From assembly GCA_965200245.1 (NCBI GenBank), contig CBDATS010000008.1, forward strand, positions 1 to 64,000: a stretch of 64,000 nt of DNA, read 5' to 3'. How positions within the stretch are numbered: position 1 is the stretch's first letter; each line of letters begins with the position of its first letter. The translations under genes and the position numbers were made by a program. Below the pieces are notes generated by a model. The model made no database searches. It saw only the letters and a program-made list of their open reading frames with translations, and was not told where the DNA came from. Shown here in pieces: positions 18,385 to 26,809 of the stretch. Source of the DNA: a bacterium. Its GTDB lineage: Bacteria > UBA8248.

Positions 18385-20316
18385 CTAGCGAGACGCCTCT
18401 TCCCCCGCTGGCCTTGGGCTGCTGAGCAGGATGACGGTTCGCCTGTTCTTGGCGCGGCCTTCTTCAGAGTCGTTTCCCGCCACAGGCCTGTAGTACGAAT
18501 GTCCCGTTGCCGACATGCGCGCGGGCGATATGTTTTTCGATTCCAGAAATTTGACGATAGAAACAGCGCGCGCGAACGAGAGTTCCCAGTTCGATGGATA
18601 GCGAACGAGCAGTTCACTCTTGATGGGCTGATCGTCGGTATGCCCTTCGATGCGGATCATCTTGTCTTTTTGTTTCTGGAGAAAATCCGCGATATTTGAA
18701 AGCGTCTCGAAACTTTTATCCTTGAGCGTGGCGCTGCCGGAATCGAACAAGAGGCTGTTCACGATGGTTACGCGGAGTTGATCTCTCGTCTGCTCCAGGT
18801 TGACGGTCTGTTTTTTCAGTTTGGCGTCCAACTCGCTCAGGTCTGCTTCGAGCCTTTTCGCTCGTTCGGCCTCTTCGCGTGCCCTTTTCTCCAGCACTTT
18901 CGAGCGCGCGATCGCCAGCGTGTGTTTCTTGATTGTTTCCGCTAGGCTCAGGTTTGTCTGATTCAGCTTGTTCTTGATGAGTTCGGCTACAGAGGTTTTC
19001 TCGGCGATTAGTTGGCTCATCTCCTGAATTTGTGCCTGCTGAAGTTCCCTGGCTTTCGTGAGGCTTCTTATACTTTCGGCTCTTGTTCTGGCAAGTTCGG
19101 CGTTTCGCGCATTTTCTTTTTCTGTCTTCACCCGCGTCTTTTGCTCGTTGTGGAGGGTTACGCGAATTTGATTGAGCGCTAGTTGGAGGTTTTTCGCTTT
19201 CGTTTTCTCGCGCGCGATGCCGACGTTTTTCTCAGAAATCAGCCGCCCCATCTCCTGAACTTGGGCTTTGAGAAGCGCTCTTGAATTTTGAAGGCGCTTC
19301 AATTCTTCAGCCTGGTTTTTCGCGAGCATTGCGTCTTGTGTATTCACCTTTGCCGTCTTTTCGTTCGACTTTCGTTCGTTTGCCTTTTGCTGTGCGGACG
19401 CGATAAGACTGTCCACTTTCTGAAGCTGGGCTTCCAGTGATCCCTGAAATCTTTCGAGTCGCTTTATCTCTTTCACCTGCGCCGTAGCAAGTTCAATGCT
19501 TTGTTTGGTTAAATTTTCGACCATCGCCTGTGTTTTGCGGTCGCCATTGAAGTTCGTCTGGATTTGTTTGAGGGTGATTTCGAGTTGTCGCGCCTTTGCT
19601 TTTTCCTGCTCTATAGCCGTGTTTTTCTCTGCAATGAGCCGACTCGTCTCTTTGAACTGTGCTTCGAGACCTTTAATTTCTTCGGCGCGGGCTGTGAGCA
19701 GTTCGATGTTTTGTTTGTTCACCTTTTCCAATCCGACGCGTGCTTTACGCTCGTTATCGAGGGAGCCGCTGAGGATGTCGAGCGTAACTTTGAGATTTCG
19801 GATTTTGGCTTTTTCCTGCTTGATGGAGGTGCTTTTCTCCGCAATGAGTCGGTTTGCCTGTTTGGCCTGTGCTTCGAGGTCTTTCACCTCTTCGGCGCGT
19901 GCCTTGCGCTCGTTATCGAGGGTAGTCTGGTTTTTTTCGAGAGCGGTTGCGAGGCTTAGTATTTTCGCCTTATTCTGCTCTATGGCGGTGTTTTTCTCGG
20001 TGACGAGCTTGTTCAGCTTTTCCAACCGCGTTTTGGCGGAGGCGTTTACGTTTTCGAATCGTGACTCCAGACCTTTCACCTTTTGTTCCAGGTTTTTGAA
20101 ACGAAGGATGCCACTTCTCAGCTTTGCGGAACTCTCTTTTTCTTTTGAGAGTTCAGCCTCTCTTTGTTGAAGCAGATTTTTCGTGGTTAGTGATTGCTGG
20201 GCGAAGTATCCTGTCCCGCCAAGAAGGACTGCGATAATTGCCCCTATGAAGATCCGAAGCCCCAAGATCATTCTCCTGCGAGGGCGATAGGGGATGTTGA
20301 GTCTTTCGTAATTCAA
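18385..20316 (-). CDS. MotB/OmpA-like peptidoglycan-binding protein with a long repetitive coiled coil
   Basis: One TM helix, about 450 aa of heptads, then LFDSGSA, IEGHTD, NWELS..RA and NRR. Confidence 0.85.
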   Translation of the reverse strand: MNYERLNIPYRPRRRMILGLRIFIGAIIAVLLGGTGYFAQQSLTTKNLLQQREAELSKEKESSAKLRSGILRFKNLEQKVKGLESRFENVNASAKTRLEKLNKLVTEKNTAIEQNKAKILSLATALEKNQTTLDNERKARAEEVKDLEAQAKQANRLIAEKSTSIKQEKAKIRNLKVTLDILSGSLDNERKARVGLEKVNKQNIELLTARAEEIKGLEAQFKETSRLIAEKNTAIEQEKAKARQLEITLKQIQTNFNGDRKTQAMVENLTKQSIELATAQVKEIKRLERFQGSLEAQLQKVDSLIASAQQKANERKSNEKTAKVNTQDAMLAKNQAEELKRLQNSRALLKAQVQEMGRLISEKNVGIAREKTKAKNLQLALNQIRVTLHNEQKTRVKTEKENARNAELARTRAESIRSLTKARELQQAQIQEMSQLIAEKTSVAELIKNKLNQTNLSLAETIKKHTLAIARSKVLEKRAREEAERAKRLEADLSELDAKLKKQTVNLEQTRDQLRVTIVNSLLFDSGSATLKDKSFETLSNIADFLQKQKDKMIRIEGHTDDQPIKSELLVRYPSNWELSFARAVSIVKFLESKNISPARMSATGHSYYRPVAGNDSEEGRAKNRRTVILLSSPRPAGEEASR

Positions 20317-20381
20317 TTATATCATTCATTACCGGAAAGTTTAACCAGCGGACGCGATACCCGCAATACGCAGAAAATGTA

Positions 20382-20411
20382 ACAAAGCCGGGGTCCAGAC
20401 CCCGGCTTTGT
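20382..20411 (-). terminator. Intrinsic terminator
   Basis: ACAAAGCCGGGGTC-CA-GACCCCGGCTTTGT just downstream of the BI-1 gene. Confidence 0.8.
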
Positions 20412-20432
20412 GGATGGAGATGTCTGCCTTGT

Positions 20433-21143
20433 TCATTCGCGCGAGGCACCAAGCAGTTGCGTGAGATAAATGAACATCATGATGAAATCGAGGTAGAGTT
20501 CGAGAGCCGCCATGATAGAGGCCCGCCTGCCCGTTTCGTTGTCCGTCTCCTGGGTGTAGGCGTATTCTTTCATCTTCTGGGTGTCATAGGCGGTAAGTCC
20601 CGCAAAGATGAGAACACCCAGGACGCTGATGGCGAAATGAATGGCGGAACTGCCCACAAAAATATTCACGACGCTGGCGAGAATAATACCGATGAGTCCT
20701 ACCATGCAGAAATTGCCCACGCCCGATAGATCTTTTTTCGTCACGAACGCGAAGAGGGTCAATCCGCCGAACGCGCCGCCAGTGACGAAAAACGCTTGGG
20801 CCACGGAGGTGAACGTATAACGCAGGAGCAGGGTGGAAACGGTGACGCCCAGCGTCGCACTGTAGAGAAGGAACAAAAGCGCACCCGCTTGCCAGCCTTT
20901 GCTGCGCATCACAGGCCTGATGGAGAATACCAGCGCGAGTTGAACGCCGATTACCAGAAATACCGAGATGGAACTTCCGAAGATGAACTGAATGGCGGCG
21001 GGGCTGGATGCGACGTAGAGCGCGCTGAAACCTGTGACGAAGAGCCCGAGTGTCATCCATCCATAGACGCGCTGCATGAACGCGGCAGCGTCTTGCGCGA
21101 TGACACGTTGCCCGGTCGAGCGGGTGAAATCTTGAGAACGCAT
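20433..21143 (-). CDS. Bax inhibitor-1/YccA-family membrane protein
   Basis: Motifs FMQRVYGWM, TKKDLS, AYDTQK and ALELYLDF. Confidence 0.92.
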   Translation of the reverse strand: MRSQDFTRSTGQRVIAQDAAAFMQRVYGWMTLGLFVTGFSALYVASSPAAIQFIFGSSISVFLVIGVQLALVFSIRPVMRSKGWQAGALLFLLYSATLGVTVSTLLLRYTFTSVAQAFFVTGGAFGGLTLFAFVTKKDLSGVGNFCMVGLIGIILASVVNIFVGSSAIHFAISVLGVLIFAGLTAYDTQKMKEYAYTQETDNETGRRASIMAALELYLDFIMMFIYLTQLLGASRE

Positions 21144-21429
21144 TTGAGGAATCCTCCTGGATTAAAAATCAATCGGTATTTTGAACGAAGCGGCCAAAAT
21201 ATGTTAGCAAGTTGATGGCTAGAAATCTTCAAGCTCCGAGTATATGGCCTACTCCCGCTAATATATCCCATTTGATGAATGTTTCAAGGCCTGAAAATGT
21301 GGTTTCTTTGGCACCATTGTATATGGATATTGGAGCCTGGGTGAAATTTGAGGGTTTGGATGCCGTTTGACTTTGATTGTAAGGCTCCATATAATTAGGC
21401 TCCATAATATTTATTTTCGGGACAAAGCC

Positions 21430-21972
21430 ATGTTCTACATGAAAGAACTGCCGGACGAGGAAGATTTCCGTCCCCTTGTACCTGAGTATTCCTCTTTGGA
21501 TACATCCTCTGTCATGCTGTTTTATCTTTTTCTGCAAGTTGGCAGTGATATGCTAACCGCCTTCGAGTCGTATCTTGCCGAACACGGCGTATCGCAGGGC
21601 AAGTTCATCGTTTTGTTGTTGCTGCTGCGCTCACAGGTGAGAAACAACGGCTCGGGCCTCAGCCCGTCGGAATTGGCCAGACAGGCTGGCGTGACGCGTG
21701 CGACGATGACCGGCTTGATGAAGGGCCTGCAACGTGATGGACTCATCGAGCGTTTCAGTAACAACGATGACGGCAGGAAAGTCATCGTACGCCTGACTCC
21801 CAAGGGAAAAGGGAGCCTGAACGCCATTTTCCCCGACTATTACGCGCGCATATCGGAACTCATGAATGATTTGGAGGACGATGAGAGAGAGAAATTCTCC
21901 ATGCTGCTCCATAAGGTGAAGAAAAAAATGAATTCATCGAAACAGGTGCTGGCCACCGGCGCCCGTGGATGA
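21430..21972 (+). CDS. MarR-family transcriptional regulator
   Basis: Motifs SPSELA, VTRATMTGL and DGR..IVRLTPKG. Confidence 0.9.
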   Translation: MFYMKELPDEEDFRPLVPEYSSLDTSSVMLFYLFLQVGSDMLTAFESYLAEHGVSQGKFIVLLLLLRSQVRNNGSGLSPSELARQAGVTRATMTGLMKGLQRDGLIERFSNNDDGRKVIVRLTPKGKGSLNAIFPDYYARISELMNDLEDDEREKFSMLLHKVKKKMNSSKQVLATGARG

Positions 21973-22005
21973 AGCAAACCTCTTTCGAAGAAGGAGAACA
22001 AGGCA

Positions 22006-23250
22006 ATGGCGAAACCCAAAGTGATCATACAGTTGTACCCCATGCTGCCGACGGAAAGCCGGGAGGAACGGGAGCAGAAAAGACCCTTGGCCAGAGACAG
22101 GGATTTGTACCATCACGTGCTTCACGAATGGGTCGACATCGTGAAAGCCGCCGATGAGATGGGCGTTTGGGGCATCAGCACCATCGAGCATCATTTGCAT
22201 TCGGAGGGTTATGAGGTAGGCCCGAATCCGGGGGTTCTGAACTCGTGGTGGGCCGCGCACGTGAAAAACGCGAGAGTGGGCGCACTCGGGTATGTCATGG
22301 CTACTCAAGATCCGATTCGCGTGGCCGAGGAAACAGCCATTCTCGACCATATCACCAAGGGCAAGTTTTTCTGCGGCCTGGCGCGCGGGTATCAGTCGAG
22401 ATGGTCGAACGTCCTGGGGCAATTCAGTGATACCCGGGCTACTGTCTCCGACGCTCTCGGCGGGGCCGACGACGTGAAGAACCGGGACATCTTCGAGGAG
22501 CGGGTCGAGATGCTCCTGAAATTCTGGCAGGAAGATTCGGTGGAAGTAAGGGGAAATTACTACGAGATTCCCTACCCATACGAGGAAGGCATCAAATACC
22601 CGGCCTGGAAGAGTGCCCGGGATGCAGGCGCAATCGGCGAGATCGGCGACGACAATCGGGTGCGGAAAGTCAGTGTCGTGCCCAAACCCTATCAGGATCC
22701 TTATCCGCCCGTGTTTCAGGCTGTAAGCGCGAGCCCCGATTCCATAAAATTCGCCGCCAGGCACGGTTTCAGGCCGGTGTATTTCACAAAACTGGAAAAG
22801 ATGGAGGAATTCTCCCACCTCTACGTGGAGGAAGCCGCCAGGGCAGGCCACGACTTCACCCATGGCGAGCGGCAATGCGTATGTCGGTGGATTCACGTGA
22901 CGGACACCGAAGAGGAATATGACGAGAAGCTCAGGAAATACGATCAGGACATCTACCAGAACTTCTACGTACCCTTCTTCCCGCAGTTTCCCGACGATAC
23001 TGAGAGCATCGACTGGATTCAGAACATCAAGGAGAGCGGAATCTTCCTCGGTGGTCCGGTAGACAGGCTCAAGCGTGAGTGGGAAGAGACGTACGAGAAG
23101 GTGCCCGCTGAGTTCATCACTCTCATCTGGCACTACGCGCAGTGCCCGAAGGAGGAGGTCATCTACGAGTTGGAGACGTTCATGACGAAGATATGGCCCG
23201 ACCTTGAGTGTCCGGTGTCGAACGGCGTCACGGTAGGCGGCGTCGCCTGA
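22006..23250 (+). CDS. LLM-class (luciferase-like) flavin-dependent oxidoreductase
   Basis: Motifs EHH, DPIRVAEETAILDH, G.ARGY and PKPYQDPYPP. Confidence 0.9.
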   Translation: MAKPKVIIQLYPMLPTESREEREQKRPLARDRDLYHHVLHEWVDIVKAADEMGVWGISTIEHHLHSEGYEVGPNPGVLNSWWAAHVKNARVGALGYVMATQDPIRVAEETAILDHITKGKFFCGLARGYQSRWSNVLGQFSDTRATVSDALGGADDVKNRDIFEERVEMLLKFWQEDSVEVRGNYYEIPYPYEEGIKYPAWKSARDAGAIGEIGDDNRVRKVSVVPKPYQDPYPPVFQAVSASPDSIKFAARHGFRPVYFTKLEKMEEFSHLYVEEAARAGHDFTHGERQCVCRWIHVTDTEEEYDEKLRKYDQDIYQNFYVPFFPQFPDDTESIDWIQNIKESGIFLGGPVDRLKREWEETYEKVPAEFITLIWHYAQCPKEEVIYELETFMTKIWPDLECPVSNGVTVGGVA

Positions 23251-23325
23251 TTGTCCTATTGACGGGGAAGCCCCCCGCGCGCGGATGCGGGGGCTTGGCG
23301 GTACGTTCTTAGGTAGGAGGTGAGC

Positions 23326-24039
23326 ATGTATGAAATCATCGATCTGAGCCAGGAGATATACACCGGCGCACCTAGGTTTCCAGGGCATCCGGCCACCGAA
23401 ATCGAGTATGTTGCACGGCACGAAGACGCGGCCAACGCTCCGATTCGGCCCAAGGACATCACCTATGCGGCGATGATGCTCCACATGTGCGATCATGGTC
23501 CGACACATACCGATTCAGTCAGCCATATCGACGAGCGCGAAACGGCGCCCAATATCGATCAGGCCCCGATCGAGTGGTTCTTCACCCGTGCGATTGCGCT
23601 TGACTTCACAGGCAAGGTGGAGCCGATGGAAGAGATATCCTTGCATTTGCTTCAGGACGAGCTTTCAGCGGCGGAACTCACGCCCCCCAAAGACGGCACA
23701 TTTATTTTCACGGGCGGGCATTTCAAGCGCACCTATCCGACGGACGATTACCTCACCACGTACCCGGGTTTGGGCTATGAGGCCGCGAACTTCCTCTATC
23801 GCGATTGCGGCGTGGTGAACATCGGCCAGGATGCGCCCAGCATCGACGCCGGCGTGAACACCATCAAGCTGACGTTTCCCTGTCACGTGCTATGCCGGGA
23901 ACTCCAGCGCCACAACACGGAAAATCTCGCGAACATCGAGGCGGTAGCTGGCAAGGAATTTCTCTACCTGGGGCTTCCGCTCAGGATTCGCGCGGGTACG
24001 GGCTCTCCTATACGAGCCGTCGCCGTCATGAACCTTTGA
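23326..24039 (+). CDS. Cyclase/kynurenine formamidase-family metal hydrolase
   Basis: Motifs IIDLS, H.PTH.D, YPG, D.PSID, ENL and GTGSPIRA. Confidence 0.88.
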   Translation: MYEIIDLSQEIYTGAPRFPGHPATEIEYVARHEDAANAPIRPKDITYAAMMLHMCDHGPTHTDSVSHIDERETAPNIDQAPIEWFFTRAIALDFTGKVEPMEEISLHLLQDELSAAELTPPKDGTFIFTGGHFKRTYPTDDYLTTYPGLGYEAANFLYRDCGVVNIGQDAPSIDAGVNTIKLTFPCHVLCRELQRHNTENLANIEAVAGKEFLYLGLPLRIRAGTGSPIRAVAVMNL

Positions 24040-24172
24040 AGCAATTGGAAAATTCGCACCTCAGGCCTTCAATGATGAGTGAATGGAAGTCGAATCGTCT
24101 CGGAAGCTTTTTGCCGTTATGTTTTGAGCGAAAGGAAATCTCGTTCCGTGTTCCGTAAGGAGATTTTGAGAC

Positions 24173-24523
24173 ATGTCGAGGACAGTGGAGTGGTACTATC
24201 ATCGATCCGGTTGAAAGACCTGCGCCAAAACGCAAGCGTTTCTTGCGGAAAATGGTATCGAGGTCTTCGAGCAGGCCAACTCGAAAAAAGACGTGGTGGA
24301 TGAGGGCAACGTCGATTCCGTCCTGAATGGTGTGTCGGACGTGTATTCGACCAGGGCGCGGAAAGTGATTCACCTAAACATCAAGCAGGGAAAGCCCGCA
24401 CGCGAAGACGTGCTGGCGCTTTTGATGGGCCGGTCGGGTACGCTCAGGGCGCCGGTCATCAAACACGGGAACACCCTCATCGTCGGTTTCGATGAGGATA
24501 CCTACGCCCGGGTATTGAAGTAG
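24173..24523 (+). CDS. ArsC/Spx-like thioredoxin-fold selenoprotein (UxxC)
   Basis: AAGGAG RBS. Reads MSRTVEWYYHRSG-TGA(24212)-KTC, then stays in frame to G.LRAP...IVGF. Extends the 76-aa track ORF to 116 aa. Confidence 0.88.
24231..24247 (+). promoter_or_regulatory. Candidate bacterial SECIS
   Basis: CGCAAG-CGTTT-CTTGCG; the loop starts 22 nt after the UGA and has G at its second position. Confidence 0.7.
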
Positions 24524-24544
24524 GCCGTATCCGGTGGCTTTGGC

Positions 24545-25999
24545 TTAGAGGGCCAACTGGCCCTGCGTGGGTTCCGCTCAGCAGAACCACGATTCGCTCA
24601 GGCGGGGCGGGCGGATTCGGTCGGGTGCGAAGACAGCCCCTGGCCGTGCCTGAGCGGGACGCTCAAGAACGTCCGCCGCCAGTTCGCGAATTCTTGCAAA
24701 GGTCTCAGCGGCGTCTTCATGGCGTGCCGCCGCATCTTCTGCGAGGAGGAGCGCCTCCTCGTGCAGTTTGTCCATTCTTTCATCGGGGTGTTTCCAGCGG
24801 TAGATGAAATTCTCCGCGTCGAGTTCGGTAAGGTATCTCTCCATATCCGGGGAGCGGAGCAGGCAGGAACCGGGCGGAACGAGCAGGCGGATGGCCATCT
24901 GGATGGGGTCGACCTCGTCGATCAGGGCGAATTCTTCGATGAAATCCAGCAGGTCGAAATAATCCTGTGCACTTGTCCATGGTGTGAATGCGACGAGCGA
25001 CGGCCGGATGGAGACACGTGCCTCTCTGGCGGCTCTCACCACCCGGAAAACACCTTCCCTGTCGTGTCCCTTGTCCAGATGATGGAGCACAATGTCACTC
25101 AGTGATTCGACCGCCGTGACGAAGAACGCGCATCCGTTTTCCCTGAACTCAAGCAGGAGATTCTCGTTTTTGAGGAGGTGTTCCACCTTGGCCGTGAAGT
25201 CGAACGTAAGCGAGGGAAACCTCTCGTGCACCGCGCGGGCGACCCGTAACGCATGAGCGGGACCGTTCAGAAAATCCGGATCCGCAAAGGTGATGTGACG
25301 CGCCCCGTGCGCCGCCAAGTCTTCGATGTCCTCCAAAACCTTGTCCTGTGGCACAATGAAGAAACGGCCCTCGTAAACCGGCGGAATGGGACAGTGAAGG
25401 CACAGGTGCTTGCAGCCTCGGCTTGCCTCGACGGCTCCGGCGGGGTAGCGTTGCCCATTCTTGACGAGATGGGCGTATGCCTGTAGCGCGGGCAATTCCT
25501 CTCGTGCTGGTTTTAGCAGGGGTATTTTTTTGAGAAACGGACCGGATGTGTGCGCTCTCGTCGCCGCGCCGTGAACCTTTATGTTCCCCGAGTTTTGGGA
25601 GAACTCTTGAACAAGGTTCACGAGCGGCAATTCGAACTCGCCGCCGATAACCGAATCCCCGCCGTTTCCAAGAAGATAGTCTTTGTTGAGCAGGCCGTAG
25701 AGGCCATAGAAGCAGATATGACATTCAGGGTTCGTTTCTCGTACTTTCGCCGCCACCTCCACGCCGAGTCTGAGTGCCGTGTGCATCGGCACACTGATGC
25801 CGACGAATTTCGCATTTTCTATTTTTTCCGGCGAGAATTCCTCTGCCGCCACGTCCATCGCCCAGGGCTGAAATCCCGCTTCGCGCAAAAACGCCAGGGG
25901 TGAGGCGACGGCCAAGGGCTGATGCCCCAACTCATAACAGGAGATGAGAACGACCGCTCCGGGTGAATGCCACTCAGAGGCTTTATCCGCTCGATTCAC
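24545..25999 (-). CDS. CUAEP-tail radical SAM selenoprotein
   Basis: B12-binding-like N-terminus (ISCYELGHQP) and RGCKHLCLHC (CxxxCxxC). The apparent stop TGA (24580-24578) reads on as WFC-U-AEPTQGQLAL-TAA. Confidence 0.9.
24549..24564 (-). promoter_or_regulatory. Candidate bacterial SECIS
   Basis: AGGGCC-AGTT-GGCCCT; the loop starts 19 nt after the UGA and has G at its second position. Confidence 0.7.
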
Positions 26000-26021
26000 G
26001 TCGAATCTCTTCGTTCATCAT

Positions 26022-26055
26022 AAAAAAGCCCCGGGCGTGTGAGGCCCAGGGCTTT
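26022..26055 (-). terminator. Intrinsic terminator after iscA/erpA
   Basis: AAAGCCCTGGGC-loop-GCCCGGGGCTTTTTT on the minus strand. Confidence 0.75.
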
Positions 26056-26070
26056 AAGGTTATTGTTCCA

Positions 26071-26454
26071 TCACGTAGTGAACGATTTGCCGCAACCACA
26101 CATGCTCATGGCGTTGGGGTTATTGATCTTGAAGCCCGAGCCTTGGAGACTGTCGACGAAATCGATTTCCGTTCCGGCGATGACGGGATAACTCTGCGGG
26201 TCCACGTACACGTCGAATCCATCGGCGGAAAACACCTTATCTTCAGGGTTAGCGGATTCCTCGAAATAAAGGCCGTAGTTGTAACCCGAGCACCCGCCTG
26301 CCGTGACGGCGAGCCTGAGCCCGTGGCCACTCTTGCCTTCGGCCTTGAGAATCTCCACCACCTTCTTGTTGGCGTTCGGCGTAACCACAATGCCTTCAAG
26401 AGCTTGGGGTTTCTTTTGGGATTGATCGAACAGCGTGACCGTTCCATCCGACAT
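26071..26454 (-). CDS. A-type Fe-S carrier (IscA/ErpA/HesB)
   Basis: Motifs GGCSG.NY and NPNA..CGCGKSF. AAGGAG RBS before ATG 26454. Confidence 0.92.
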   Translation of the reverse strand: MSDGTVTLFDQSQKKPQALEGIVVTPNANKKVVEILKAEGKSGHGLRLAVTAGGCSGYNYGLYFEESANPEDKVFSADGFDVYVDPQSYPVIAGTEIDFVDSLQGSGFKINNPNAMSMCGCGKSFTT

Positions 26455-26678
26455 AGGTTGTATCTCCTTGACTTTTATGACTTTATGAGGGTTGTTGAAA
26501 TTTACCGTGATGACGACACCTCCAGTATTACACCTTTTCGCCTTTTTTGCAAAGATCGATCCCCATATACCCTTGAAATTCCACCATCTTTTCGGACGTA
26601 ATTCCTTATTTACTCCCGAACGGACGGGAATCTCGCGAGCGTATCCTGAATAATTCTTCATTTTATTATTCAAAAAAG

Positions 26679-26707
26679 TTGACAATAAAATAATAAGATA
26701 TTATATT
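26679..26707 (+). promoter_or_regulatory. Sigma70-type promoter upstream of clpB
   Basis: TTGACA-N17-TATATT with an AT-rich upstream tract. Confidence 0.65.
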
Positions 26708-26809
26708 TTTCTTGTTTCAAACGGTCTTGGCCGCCGGTCTCCCATATTGACGGGTTTTCGGCGCCGGGAGATTCATCGAATTTTTGGATAATGATTCGGA
26801 GCAACTCTC

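Noticed and set aside
26071-26454. HesB-like selenoprotein
   Set aside because: All three conserved positions are Cys codons.
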